A DNA stretch of 64,000 nt from Raillietiella orientalis (lineage: Eukaryota). The stretch spans positions 1,426,001 to 1,490,000 of the forward strand of contig JAYWIR010000044.1 in NCBI GenBank assembly GCA_036172245.1, given 5' to 3'. Under the pieces are notes generated by a model. That model was not told the origin of the DNA. It worked only from the letters and a program-made list of their open reading frames with translations, and made no database searches. Shown here piece after piece: positions 24,601 through 37,700 of this stretch. The stretch's first letter is position 1; each line of letters starts with the position of its first letter. Position numbers and translations under genes: made by a program.

Positions 24601-27600
24601 CCAGCGCGAGTCCCGGGAGAAACCGGGAAGAGTTGCGAAGCGCGGATGGGACCAAGGTCGAAGGTTGATTGGATTGGATTGGAGTATGATTGGATTTCTG
24701 CGATCAGGTGCAGCGCGAAGACGAGCGCTCCTGAGTCATGCGCTCCCCCGTTAACCGGGCTGATTTGTCCTCCAGACGCACGTGAAGACGGAGCTGCAGC
24801 TCCCGAGACGGCATGGGACAGAACACCTGAGAGGGGAAGGCAGGAGGGGGAGAATTGTGTTTTGGGACACCTTCCACCAGCACGAGAACTTCGGCACACC
24901 TGAACTCGTGACCTTTTTCGGAGAATCAGGCCTTCTTTCGTCGAGGCATGCCGCTGCCTTCTTGGAGTCGCTGTCTTGCCTTACTCGCTACTTGGTTCCA
25001 CGCGACGAAAAGTACGATTCCCTGAAGCGGACGTACCCACGGCGACCATTCCTAAGGCAATTTCGTTTTTCCAAATTTCCAGAACATCCATGCACACATC
25101 TTCTGTTCCATGCCGAGCTCTTTGAAATCGAGTCTTTCCCACTACTCCCCGGCACTTTCGGCCAGCTATCTCCAACAGGTGAACCCGAGGATCGACACCA
25201 CGAAGAGAGGCGCACGAACGGGCGGGCGCCCGTCTCGCGAAGGCTCTGTTGAAATCGCCTCGTCGCCGCCGTTCCTCGCTCCCGTCCACGGTCAGTGCGC
25301 TTGGACCTCGGCAGCCGCCTCAAGACCGATGGCTTCCCAGCACTTCGCCTGGCCGACCGCGCAATTGGATGTGTCCTTCGCTGTGCGTTCCGCATGCAGC
25401 GCACAGCCTAAGATCGGGATGAGGCCTTCTGCAGCCTCCGCCGTTTGCTCTTCGGGCTGATGAGCAATGTGAGTCCCGGACCTCCAGCTGCTCGAGACGG
25501 CGCACACGCGCTGCATTCCCTACCTGCTGTTTTGGTCCAGCTCCGACTTCTCGCTTCAAAGCTTCTTCTATGGAAATCTCAGGGGTGCGTGCTGCGTTGC
25601 TTCGCGGCGAGGGAAGCATCACGGAGGCCGAATATCCATCCAGACTGCTTCTGGCGGATCGTCTCTCCTGGCTGCACGCGTTCATCTGTGCTCTCGGGAT
25701 GGAAACGTTGGCCGGCCTCTTTTCTTTATCCACCGCCAAGCGGCAGCATCTCTCTGGCAAAACGGCAACTCCATTTGCTGCCCTATTCGTTACTTCCGCT
25801 TCTCGAGATGATTCCTTCTGCGAGAGATAACTTGCAGAGGGAGTCCATGCAGAGAGCTGAAAGGAACGGCGCTACGTAGAGCCCGCAGGTTCGGGAACGC
25901 GGGAACAGCTGCGCCTGCGCTCACCGAGAGGGCGAAAAGTTCAATCCGGTTCCACAATCCTTCTTAATTGATGATTCAGAATGGGGTGGAAGCCGAACTG
26001 AAGTCCAGTCGAGAGAATCAGCACGCATCCCACGAAGAACGCCAGGAATGGAATGCTTTTGCAGCCTGTTCCCATGCGATCTCCGGGAAACATGCCCGAG
26101 AACGGCGGCAACCAGGGAAACCTCCGCTCCAGTCGCAGCTTGAACGCTGCTGGCAGCCCGCAGTGGCAACCGAAACGGAAGTCGTCGTTCGGAGCGCGAG
26201 CTGCGAGTACGGAAGGTAGGATGTGCCTGAATGCACGGAACCTGCGGAATGGCGCTCTGCAAAAGATGGTGGGCGTGTGTGTCCATGGGGGGTCCAAGAC
26301 TCCCTCCTGGCAGTTTTTCCAGTCCGCCCTCCGCGGATGCATCGATCCAGCACCGCGCTTCCGACGGACGGGCAGGTGAGCTGTCCCGTGATACAGGAGC
26401 TGCTGCCAGCACCCTGGTGCGTGCAGGCTGCACGCGCAACAGAAGCGGGCGGATGTCCAAAGAGGTGGCAATGCCCGCGAACTCGCCCGACAAGAACAAG
26501 TCGGCACGAGGGATGGGCGTTTCCACCTTCCCTGTTGGACTGCGTCGAGAAAGCTAACGAGGTGGACTTTCCACGAAGCGCTCGCATCCGCGGAGGGGTG
26601 GCGCAAGACGGAAGAAACACACCCGCGGATGCCTCCAGTCTTGTCCTCTCCAGTTTGCTCAGCGTGCCCCACAGCTCTTCACCTTCCTTGGCGAACGAAG
26701 GTAACCGCCGATGCCTCTCCGACGTTTCATCACACGTTGCGTTGGGACCGCGGGCAGCGTCGGTGGTGAAGGTCGGAAAGATGATGTTGAGCCCTGCTGC
26801 GCATAAGCTGGGGGACTCTTCAGCGTATTTTCCGTTTTGCTCCATTATTTTTCTTAGAAAGACATGGCACATCCGGACGTGAAAGACATGCCGAACCACG
26901 CATTTCGTTCGGCAGTCCGCTGCTCGGTTGACGGAGATAGATGAAATGAGGGGATGAGAAGACAAGGAACACAGCACCCGCACCCACGTCCATACGCCAC
27001 GCGTACCCTGGTGGCACGCTGCCCGGAAGGAGCACGGGAGACACGGCGTGCCGCAAATTATTACCCATCTGCCAGGACATTATACTGCACGCCCTGCGGA
27101 AAGCTTTGTAACTGTGTAACGTTGCGCCAGCCCCATCCGAAATGACGTTACGCGATGCTGGAACGGAGCAGCAGACGCGCCTCCGCACTTGCGGAGCCAT
27201 CCAGCGGGAACACGGCGACACTCACAGGTCAACGTGCGAACCGTCCTCTCGTGGAGAAGTCGGATCGCTCCTCGCGACTTGCAGCTCGAGCTTCCCGGAC
27301 AAAGAGGATGCACCTCGGAGGATTGCAGACACGAGAGAGAACCCATCGGCTCGTCACATCGGAGCATCCAGGTAGCAGGATTACCCTGGTAGGGGAAGTA
27401 TGATGTTCCTCAGAAAGTGCACGCTGGCATCGAACTGTCCTTCTTTCACGCGCCATGTCTTCAAGAAGCCCCGACTGAGTTTTCTGCAGGCGGCGGGCGG
27501 AATGAAACTCCGGGTCGCCATTCGGACGGCCGATTCTGAAAAGAGGCTCTCGGGATGGCCCTGGGTCCTATGGAGCAACTCACACATGAAGCCGGGCATT

Positions 27601-30600
27601 CGCAACCCGAAGCACAACAGAATCCGGAAAAAGAGTACGCCCGCGCACCGAGAAGTCCGTGGGAGGAGGACAGACCTTCGCTTCCGGCAGGAACGAAGGC
27701 GTTCAAGCGTAGGGTAAGAATCCCTCCTGACAGCGATCCGTGAAACCGAAGCTCTGCTCGCTCATCTCTCCGCAAATGGACGATGCATTTTCGCGTGACT
27801 GTCGGTGGTGAATTGAACCACAGTCGGTTGCGAAGCCTTCCTTGCTCGAAATTCGTCTCCTTCGACAGCTGCTTCGGGACAAAGACGGACAAAAAGGGAA
27901 GACCATCATTCAGCACGGATACCTCTTCAGATTGCGCGAGGTTTCATGCCACCAGGCTACGAGCCAACGGCGAGACTTTCGGTTGCCTTTACCGCAGCAC
28001 ACGTGCGGTCAGTGCAGTGTCGCACACTCCGGAGAGGGATGAGCACCTATCGTTCACATTAAGGGAAAGCAGTAGATGAGCAGCGCGACCATGGACCACG
28101 GAACAGCATGGATTCGCGGTTCGGGAGAACCCGCAGGCACCAACGCACGCCTTGGAAAAAACCGTTGATTTTCCGGAAAAGAGAACGAAGACCCACATCC
28201 GTTCCATGATCCGTAGGCCGCATTACCAATTCAGGCTCGTCGATTCGATCAATCAATCGAAGAAAGGAAAAGAAGGACGCCCGTTGGCGAAGTACGGAAA
28301 CTTCTGTTGCCTCAGCTTCTCCTTGTCCCTTCAAAAGGAGCTCCTGTCCGCAAATCTGCGTAACGGTTCCGCGGAACGTCTTCTGCGCTGTACCAGAGTG
28401 GTACCAGGGTGGCAGCTCGACACGCACTCAAGTGCGCGCAACGTGAATCTCCTTCGGTGAATGGTGATGGCAGATGCCCATCCGTGACGTATACGCGTCA
28501 TGGATAACGGATGAATGGACGAAAGAAGGCGGACTGCAGAGTGCAGGATGAGGGAACGATTCTGCAAACCATGCCACAACCCTGCTGTTCTTCAGAACAG
28601 ACGTTGGGAATAAAGACATTCGAATTCAGATGCCACCTCAACGCAAGGGGCAAGTGAGTTTGAAAGGAAACGAAGGGCTCACGTTTTCTTCGCCAGAAGA
28701 AACACCACATTGGAACACCTACCGATCATCCGTAGAATTTCCCTGGCAGCAGTTGCACTGGAAGACGGCCGCACATCGTGACATCGTGGCATCGGAAGCA
28801 AAGAAGAGAGGCGATTCCACTCCGTTGAGCAGAAAGCCTGAGCTGCGCAGTGCTGCTCGCTGCTCGAACTGGTGACTCCGCTTTCAAATCTTCGGACGAT
28901 AGCGAAATGACCACCGTGGCTCTCGTCATCTCTCCCAGGGAAGGCCGTCGGGAAAGATGGACCGTCCTCTCATCAACCGTCCTCTCGCCGCGGAGTGCGA
29001 CCACCCACGGTGGAACAACGCAAACGCCGAACGTTCCATGAATTTCGCATTGAGAGGGTCACTTCTACCACGCCACCCGGTCAACCACAGCCCACTCGCG
29101 CACCTTGGTTCGTACGCCCGCGCCAGTCGCAACGGGATTCGCTTCTTCCCCAACTCCCCGAAAATCTGGTTACAGGTCAGGTTAGATAGGTTAGGGTAGG
29201 TCACTTTGTTCAGGTCAGTCACTTTCCGTGCAGGATGGATGGAGGAACAAGCAAGCATAGGAGAGATCCGGGATCAATACCACACAGAGGGCTTTCGGGA
29301 AAAAGTAAGGCAGGCTCGACAGGGCGGGAATGCTAAAAAAACATTGGCTACTTCATCACTGTTCCTGGAGACCGGCGATGCGCCACAGCGTGCACCTGCA
29401 AACGAGACACTTCATGGTGAGCACTGGTCTCCGACAGCCGTACTGCATGGTTTCAGCGGTCATGCAATTGACGCAACGGAAGAGATCAACAGGGCGAGCG
29501 AGGCGGAGTTCGCCTGTCTGCAGAATGGCCGAGAAGCACGTCTCTCGCTGCAAGGGATTGCCCGCAGCCCGCAAAGGATGCTCTTAACTTTGTTTTCCCT
29601 AGCTATTCGCGGTCCTGTCCTCTTCAAGGGATGAAGGAGGAGGTGGCGACCTTACGGTATGGGAGGTGGGAGGTGTCCTGCGGCGTTGCGGCAAGCAAGA
29701 AACTTCTGGGTGCGGACCCCTCGAGAAATCACGGGCTCTGCGATGCCCTAGTGTTTCATCCCGAGAACTCTTACGCAGCTAGGTCGAGCTGATCGCCAAC
29801 CTTCCAGAGGGCGCGAATTGACCTCCAGCATCCCGGAACGGCGATTTCTTCTGCTTCCCTTAATTTGCAGGAGAGGGCACTGCTGGTCTTGCGTTGGGGA
29901 ATCCCGTGCAACGCGCGCCTTCGCCGCTGCAAGCCGGGGAGTGCGAGTGTAAATTGTGACGGGAGCGGAATGAAGAAGACCTTCCAGCATCGAGTTCCTG
30001 ACAGTGCTTCCCTCCGACCGCCTGGAATCGCCTAGAGACCACCCTTCGGGTCCCGGTCGGTGCCCCGGAGATCTTTTGAAACTCCCCCTCGTGCATGTCT
30101 CCGTACTGCCTCCAGCCGCGTCGTTTGAAGTTCGGTGCTGTCTTGGAGACGTAATGGCGGCCTGGAACTCGGCCGAAAAAGTCCAGAAGCCACGCGTAGA
30201 TCGAGAATTCTGCTGAGAACCGCCACGTGATGGGCTCACCTGGGAAACGCACCGAGCGAACTTGCCAGCATAGAGGACAGGATGCAGAGGACGCCGAGCA
30301 GCGCGAAGTAATCCCTTCCTCGATTTCAACATTCGGCCGCCCCCTTTATAAAGAGGGAAGCTTTCCCTCTGTTTTTTGTTGGTTCCTTGTTGCTTTCGGT
30401 TTTCCCATCCCCTTCGGTGCCGAAGCGAACGTCTCCGTCTGGTGCCGGTATTTGGCGGGTTCAGCGTGTTGATTTAGCAAATGGCAGAACCAACGATTCT
30501 ACCGCAAGAAGGAATCGCTATCATTTTACGCGATGAACGCCCCGGGAAATACGGGCGCGAAATCGGACCACCAGTTGCGGGAATCGCGTGCTCCAGCGGG

Positions 30601-31394
30601 TGACCGTGGCAGAGGCTGGACTGGGACGAGGACTTGGTCGCTTTTACATTCCCTTAACGGATGCACTACGGCGGGAGAGCAGAACAACGTGGCGCGATTG
30701 GACGAGAGCTCCGTTTCCTCGCGACCTTTAATGCAACGGCGTTCGCATGATCGCACGTCCCTGCAGGAGAACCTCTCCAGTAACGAGCATTCTTATTACA
30801 CGTTGATCTTTCTTGACATTCCTGAAATCGCAAAGCGATTCAAAGCACGCGCAGCGAAACACGATCCCAACTTCCTTGAACGATGACGAACGGTGAATGA
30901 ATTTATGATTGGACGCGACGAAATCACGAGTTCACTCCAGATGATTCTCAGCGTCAATCCGGTGAAATTTCGGAATGGGATGTTATGCTCTTCCCAATTC
31001 CGACGAGTTCTCTTTCCACGAGAGTTGCTTTTTTCAAGCTTCGCCCACACGACCGCGCGCCATGGACACCGCACCCCGCGAAACGAGCGCCACAATCCGT
31101 TTGGTCCCGCTGCCATGGGGAATGCAGGAGCTGCATCCGGCTGTCCGTCGAGACCAGAGACGAATGGAGCGCTCAGAGAAGCTCGTGGTTGCGGAACTTG
31201 GGTGGTCACGTTCACGGAAGTGCACCTCAATCCCGCCCGAATCCAGAGTGTCGAGGCTGGCCCGATGCTCCTTCCTCACTTTCTTCGTAGCGGCTGAATC
31301 GAAAACTTCCTATAGAGGGATGATGGAAGCTTGCAAGCTCTCGTGGAGATGGATGATGCCATTCACGAAAACCAATACACGAAACAAATATGTT

Positions 31395-31432
31395 GGGAAA
31401 TGCCCGTGCTGCACGCAGCACGGGCATTTCCC
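31395..31432. repeat. Perfect 18-bp-stem palindrome with 2-nt centre (right arm copy)
   Basis: GGGAAATGCCCGTGCTGC-AC-GCAGCACGGGCATTTCCC read directly. Confidence 0.95.
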
Positions 31433-32199
31433 CCGAAGTCACGAACGTACTCGAATTTTCTAAATCTTGTAACCGACTGCATCAGGAGGTGTCCAGGTGA
31501 GGTGGGATGGGAAGGAACTGGAGTGGTTACCTGGTTCCATGGAGACGCTTGGAGACGCTCTAAATGCTGCTCTAAAGAGGCGAGTTTGGCATTGAGCATC
31601 CGTTCTGCACACCATCTATTTCTTGTACACTTCCACCGCAGCGAGCCTGACGCCCCGAACTTTGAGCGCAAAAAAGGAAAATCTTGATGGTCCCCACGGT
31701 CAGCAGCAAAGTTCGCGAAAGACGCCGTTTTCACATCACGGAAGCACTGGAACCAGTCCTCTAGAGTGAGCACAGCGAACAGGCATCACATCGCATTCGT
31801 GCGCAAGTTCCTTGCAAAACACTTCCAAACTCCTTTACGTACATGTCGGACAAAAAGAAACGAAGAGATGCTGTCGGATGTGTAGCCTCTTCCGAAGAGC
31901 TTGGTGCCTGTGACGGTCAAGTGAAAATCTTTCGGAAGATCTTTTCGCAAGGCCTTTCCTACAGCAAATGCGTCTCGAAAGCAGCCGCTTTCCCACTCTC
32001 CTCTTCCGTGAAGCCGTAGCGGCTTATCTTCGATGGCTTCAATGCAGAGGAAGCGGAAGAGCCGCACCACACTGGCAGTGCCTGCACGAAGGCTTCAGAC
32101 ACCGCCTGCCGCAGGGAACGAAAAGGATCGTTCTGTTCGCAAGTGTGAAGCGCAGCAGTGACCGCAAAGCCTCGATGCGCAGTTGACCCGTCAGATCGA

Positions 32200-34780
32200 T
32201 AGTCTACCGTACACTCCACACCCTTCTCCCTCCCTGCCTTTACGCCTGGGCGCCCCCGGAGCGAGGCGCCTCCCGGCGCTTGCTTGCGGATGGTGCCCCG
32301 GCAATAGGGGAGGAGGAGAAGGAAAGCCTCGACGAGCCTTTTACGACCGGCGAAATTCTCGCCGGGAATAAAAGGCTCAAGAGGCGGAAAGCACCAGGGG
32401 AGGACGGCCTGCCAGCGGAGTTTTTCCCATGCTTCGCGGCTGAGTAGGCACTCCTGGTGCTTCAGTTGACAAGGCTGATCCGAGACGAAGGGGATGTACC
32501 CGCCTCGTTTCTGTGAACCAGAGTGAGGCTCCTTCCCAAGGGAGGAGACCTCGGAGGACTCAGCAACTGGCGTCCGATCACAATTGTGAACACGGTCGCC
32601 AAGCTGATAGCCGGACTGTGGGCGTCGCGCTTAGGACAGGTGTCAGACTCCATAATTAGCCCGGAACAGACTTACGCTGTTCCCGGGCGAAGTATGGAGG
32701 CCAACCTGTTCTTCGCGAGCACATGTGCAGAGTAGTGAACATGAACGAAAGCGTGTGAATGGCTACCCCGCTTTGGGGGCGCCGGCCGGGCAGGGAAGGG
32801 ACACCGGGGCGGAGAAGGGGGCCCTAGCGCTCGCGGTCGATCTCCAAAAGGGGTTCGACTGCGTGGACCAGGAGCTTCTCTTGGAGCTCTTGGGTCGCAT
32901 GTGCTTTTCACCCTCCCTGCTAACCTACCTGCACACCTGCTGGCGCAACGCCATAATCAACGTTTCTTTCAGCAGTCAACAGGTGTACGGCGCGCCGGGG
33001 CATAAGGCAGGGCGATAGCCTCAGTCCCCTGCTCTTCAGCGCCTACTTTGAGTTGTTGCTGAGAGCGTACAGGATGACTTTGGCTGCCTTGCCGAGCTCG
33101 TGCCCCAGTACGCCCGCCGTAGTGGCTTACGCCGATGATCTGCTTTTTTTGCCCATGTCCGTCCCGGCAGCCGCAGTCGAGTATTTCTTCGATCTCCTAA
33201 GCCGTGGGAGTGCACTACGGGTAAATAAGGCGAAGTCATCGATGGTAGCGGTTGGTGCGACGGTGCTGGACGGCCTGACTGGATCCGTTTGGGGATCCCC
33301 ACGGCAAGGTGCTTGAAGTACCTTGGTGTGCCGTTGGGGGACTATTGCCCTTCGGAAGACTGGTCAGGTCGTCTCCGGAAAGTAGAGTTGGCGATCGGCC
33401 CGTTCTTGGAAGACAAGTTTCTCCTTCCGGAAGGGGCCGCGGTGTGGAACGCGTTCGCGGCTCCCATCCTCCGCCCCCTGCTTTTTGTTTGCCCCGTCCC
33501 GCCGCAGTTGTAAAAACGGAGGAAGGACCTCCTCAGGTTCGCCCTTTGGGGAAGAGGGAGGCCCCGAGTCCTGTTGATGGACTTGTGTGCTCCGCGTCGG
33601 GATGGCGGTGTCGGCCTCTTGACGCTGGAGCGAACGGAGATACAGCTGCGATGGCGCACCTTGGCCATCGAGTCATGGAGCTCACCGTGTTGCGTTCCGG
33701 CCCACCTCCTTGCCAGCCGTGCATCCGCGACGGAAGGTCTCGCGTCTTATCTTCTGTGCCGTGGCTCGAAGATCAGGAAATGCGGCCTTCTCCTTGGACG
33801 CGTGGCCACCCTGGCTAAGGAGAACGGCTGGATGGTATGCAGCCCCGCCAACTCCTCCGCATGGCTGGAGGAATCTGTTGGAACGTGGGCGAGGTTAAAT
33901 GCAAAGGAAGATGACAACTGCAACTGCCTGCGATTCTACAACCGCGCCCGCTGCAGCCTGCGGTCCATGTTGCAGTGTCCCGCCCGGTGCACGTGGGCCG
34001 AGACCACGCCCCTTGCTACGGCGATGCCCTTCCAGAGGAGGGCGCTCTCCAGCAGCCGCATGCCTATGCGGCAATTCTCCTGCCGAATCGCAGGCAGAGA
34101 GAAGATGTTGAGCGGCTGGAACACGGCGCAGCTGGCCGGCGCCACCACCCGAAGTGTCCTCCCGCGTGGATTGAAGAGATGGGGCGAACTGCTCGGCATC
34201 CCGATGGATGATCTGAAGTGGCCCCCGGATTTTATTGGATCGAGGATCCTCACCCTGAAGTGGCAGGAGTCGGTGCTTCTGCTGTTTCATTGGGGTCTAC
34301 CCTGCAACGCACGCCGCCACCACTGGACTAGTGGTCGAGTGAATCCCTCCTGCATCAGGTGTGGGGAGCGGGAATCGCTCCCCCACCTCCTTGTTGATTG
34401 TGCTGCTCTCCGACCCCTGTGGGAGCGTCTTGGTACCTCCCTACGGCTGCAGGAGGGCAGCCAGCCCAGAGACGTATTTCGGCTTCTTTTCGTGCGGGAT
34501 GCCCTGCGACCAGCCGCAGCCCTGGCAGCACTCTGCTGCATCCGAGGGATCGTGACGAGCTGGAGCGATTTCAGAAGACCGAGCCACGAGAGGGGTGCCG
34601 TCGAACTCGCGGTCCGCTACCTGCGGCTTGCAACCAGATGGTCCCACCTGGGAATCATCCTCGAGGGCATCCTGGAAAGGATGGACCCTCCTCCCTGTGG
34701 ACCGTGATCCCTTCCCTGCCCTCCAACTATTTTTTGTTTTTCTGTTTGTATTTCTCTTTTTGTTTTTCCCCCCACCCCCT
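32200..34780 (+). mobile_element. Decayed, 5'-truncated non-LTR retrotransposon ORF2 (L1/Tx1-like reverse transcriptase plus C-terminal CCHC knuckle)
   Basis: Motifs occur in canonical order across frames: KAPGEDGLPAEFF, LLPKGGDLGGLSNWRPITIVN, ISPEQTYAVPGRS, AVDLQKGFDCVD, GIRQGDSLSPLLF, AYADDL, KYLGVPL, LCAPRRDGGVGL, CIRCGERESLPHLLVDC. In-frame stops near 32445, 32514 and 33511 plus about three frameshifts. No endonuclease domain or ORF1 seen upstream. Pyrimidine-rich tail after the stop at 34707. Ends are approximate. Confidence 0.92.
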
Positions 34781-37700
34781 TCCGCTGCCGAGGAGAGTCG
34801 CGCCGGTCTGCGAACCGGCGACCCGACAGGTCCTGTTGTGTTGGCCGTAGTGGAGCCTTGTACCACGAATTGTAAAGAGAGTTTACAATGAACGCCCCGG
34901 CGTGACCGGGTGGCAACGTACACTGCTATACCAACTCGCATATCTCAAGCATTCCACGCAAACATCAACGTGGCACACTCTTATGTCAAGAGGTGTGTGG
35001 ATGTGGATCCCATCCGGAACTGCATTGCCATAAGATTCAGGATCGTTCAGCGCACTCAAACTGTAGCCACGGTGGGCGAAACGGAAAGCAGCAGCCAGGT
35101 CGCGATGCCTCGAATTCCTGGAAACCCTGGAATATCCCCGTTTGCATTCACAACCCCATAACGAAACCATTGCACACTTGGTAGCTGTTTCCCAGACTCG
35201 TTGCGGGAGAGGCAATCCAACCTGAGGGAAACCAGGATCCCATGCCGATGGCCGCCCTACTTTAGCATTCCAAGCAACGCTGCTCAAGTTTCATGGAGCA
35301 AAGCGCAGGATGGTAGCAGTCCTGTCAAAAGCCGTTTCTTCAACAAACAGGGACGAGTTTCCAGGTTGAAACCATGCCAACAGAAACGCTGATGCGTATC
35401 TACACGAACTGTCACTTTGTTTGAAAGCATGCTGTCGTCACACTCCTCTGCTGAAGCAAACCTCATTTCGAACGTGTGCATCCTTCCAGCCACAAACCGA
35501 TCCGGTTTTCCCTGACTGAGAAAGTTCCGAGCATCTGATATCCCTGCAGGCTCGAATGGTACTTCGGAATACAGCCTCCTCGCAAAAGCAATCCGGATGC
35601 GATCCTAACGGATAATGGCATAGCTATGCATGCGGTGTGAGGAGGAGAGAAGCTCTGCAGGAAGGAGACACGCAGTTACTGCATCCACCACGCACGGTGC
35701 ACTGCAGTGCTTGAACCCGAACTGGGATTTTGCCAACAAATCTGCAGTAGCTAGGATGTTTGTGCATATGCACAAGAGGAAACACAGCGAATGGGTGAGC
35801 CACTTTTTCTTGAGAGATGGGAAATGGCAAACCGAGTCGGGATGAAAGAAGAGAGCAAATACCTCACGACAAAGGAAGAAACGGGAAAAAACGGAAAGTA
35901 AAACGCTACCAGGAACATGCTGTCCAGCATGGATTCTTTGTCTTCTTCGTATCACCACTTCAAGTAGCTAGCGACAGAGCTCAAGAGAATTCGCTGTACT
36001 GCAGAGCATCACTAGCCAGGCCCATCACTGCACCGCACCTTTCAGCTAATCCAAAATGATGATGCCGGAATTTTTCCAGGAGTTTCCACAGGATGCAATT
36101 TCTGGCGCTCTTTCATGCACACACTGCAGTCACATTCTATGCAGATGCAAACCACAAGATGGCTTCAAGAGTGAAGGCCGAATGATTCCAAAACGAAATC
36201 TAAGGGAAAGAAACCAGAAGCAGACCCTCCCTGGAGATGGAGATCTGGGATTTCTAAACAGGGTTGCAGGTGGAAAACAGGCTATTCCACGGACATGGAA
36301 TGTCGAGATGCAAAAATTCTATGGATCGCAACGCAGTGTTGAGAATACACAAGGGAGAAATGGGAACCACGAACAGATTCCAGTTGCCACCACACATTGC
36401 CATCCACCACATGACCAAACAAATGCAAAGGGAACCTTAAAACAGAGACTTCCTCATCGGCTGCATTACCAACATGGCAATGCTCAAGAAGTCCCTGCAT
36501 GCAATAAAGCCTACTGCCATGGTGACTGGTAGAAAACTTCAGAGTATGGGAAATGTGCTCTTTCCTTCTGGGCAGTTAATGGGAACAGCAAATTTCGTGC
36601 CTTTGGAAAACTTTTTCTTCAGAACACGAAGCTGATGCATTCTTCATAACACAGGAAAACCACTGGAGTGACTCGATTTCTGTGACCAAGAGTTGGAAAT
36701 GCCCCATTTCAGTACCGGTAATCGCTATATCTCAAGTCTCTGCGATGCCATGCTCATGTTTCAGCTCTATGTGGCTCAGAGCCGAGCAGCGTGGTAGGAG
36801 AAAATCACATCAAAATCACCGACAAGCTGCCCTGGCTGCCGGATGCAAGGGTTGCTCAAAAATTTGCATCACGGGATCTTGTTCCTTTCGTATTCAGCTC
36901 TCAGACTTCCCACCCTGCCGAAGAGGTGGTGCTTACGACGCAGGAAACCAGTGGATCTTCCATCGCTCGAAGATCCTGAGGACGAGCAGCCAGACGAGGA
37001 TGGGATGTTGATTCCCGTCACTGCGCTTCACGCTCTGAGGATGTTCCATCCCACCCCACACGAATCCTGCGAACCGTTTCTGGAAACTTCCGTTGTCGGC
37101 TTGTGCCATTGCACGCATTCGGTTCGCTTCGGGCAGGATCCACGGAGGAAACCGAGGTTTTCCATGGAAACAAACAGAGGAAGCAACCTGCAAGCAAACG
37201 GATCGAAGAAACCGGACAAGTTGCAGCCCTTCCTCACGACCAGAAAGCAATGCGCGACAGGAAGGGTAGGTGATTCCAAAGAAGGATTGCGCCCTCTAAG
37301 GATCCCAGCACCTTTTTGAGGAGATGGGGATCGAGCCGACGCAATTGCTTTCATCCTGAATGATGCCGGCTGCATTACCAGGATCTGCAAGGGGAATTGC
37401 GTGCGCGCTCTCACACCTCCAGACGGGCCCCATGCAAAATAGGCACCACGGAACGGCTGCAAAGCTTAACCAGGCCCTGCTCGCAAGCAGCGCAAACTCC
37501 AGTAACAGCGTTCTTCCCTCCTTCACGCGAGTTCTGAAGTCGTTGCTGCTGCGTCAATGTTCTTACTTTCCTTTCGAGTTCGGGAGGTTTTTGAAACCGG
37601 GAAAACCCTTTGCACAGGGGCCTCGTGAAAACGATGCGTGTCCATGCAGGCTAGAAAGAGTGAACCACGTTTTCCAAGTGAGCAACTCTTGCGGGAAACA

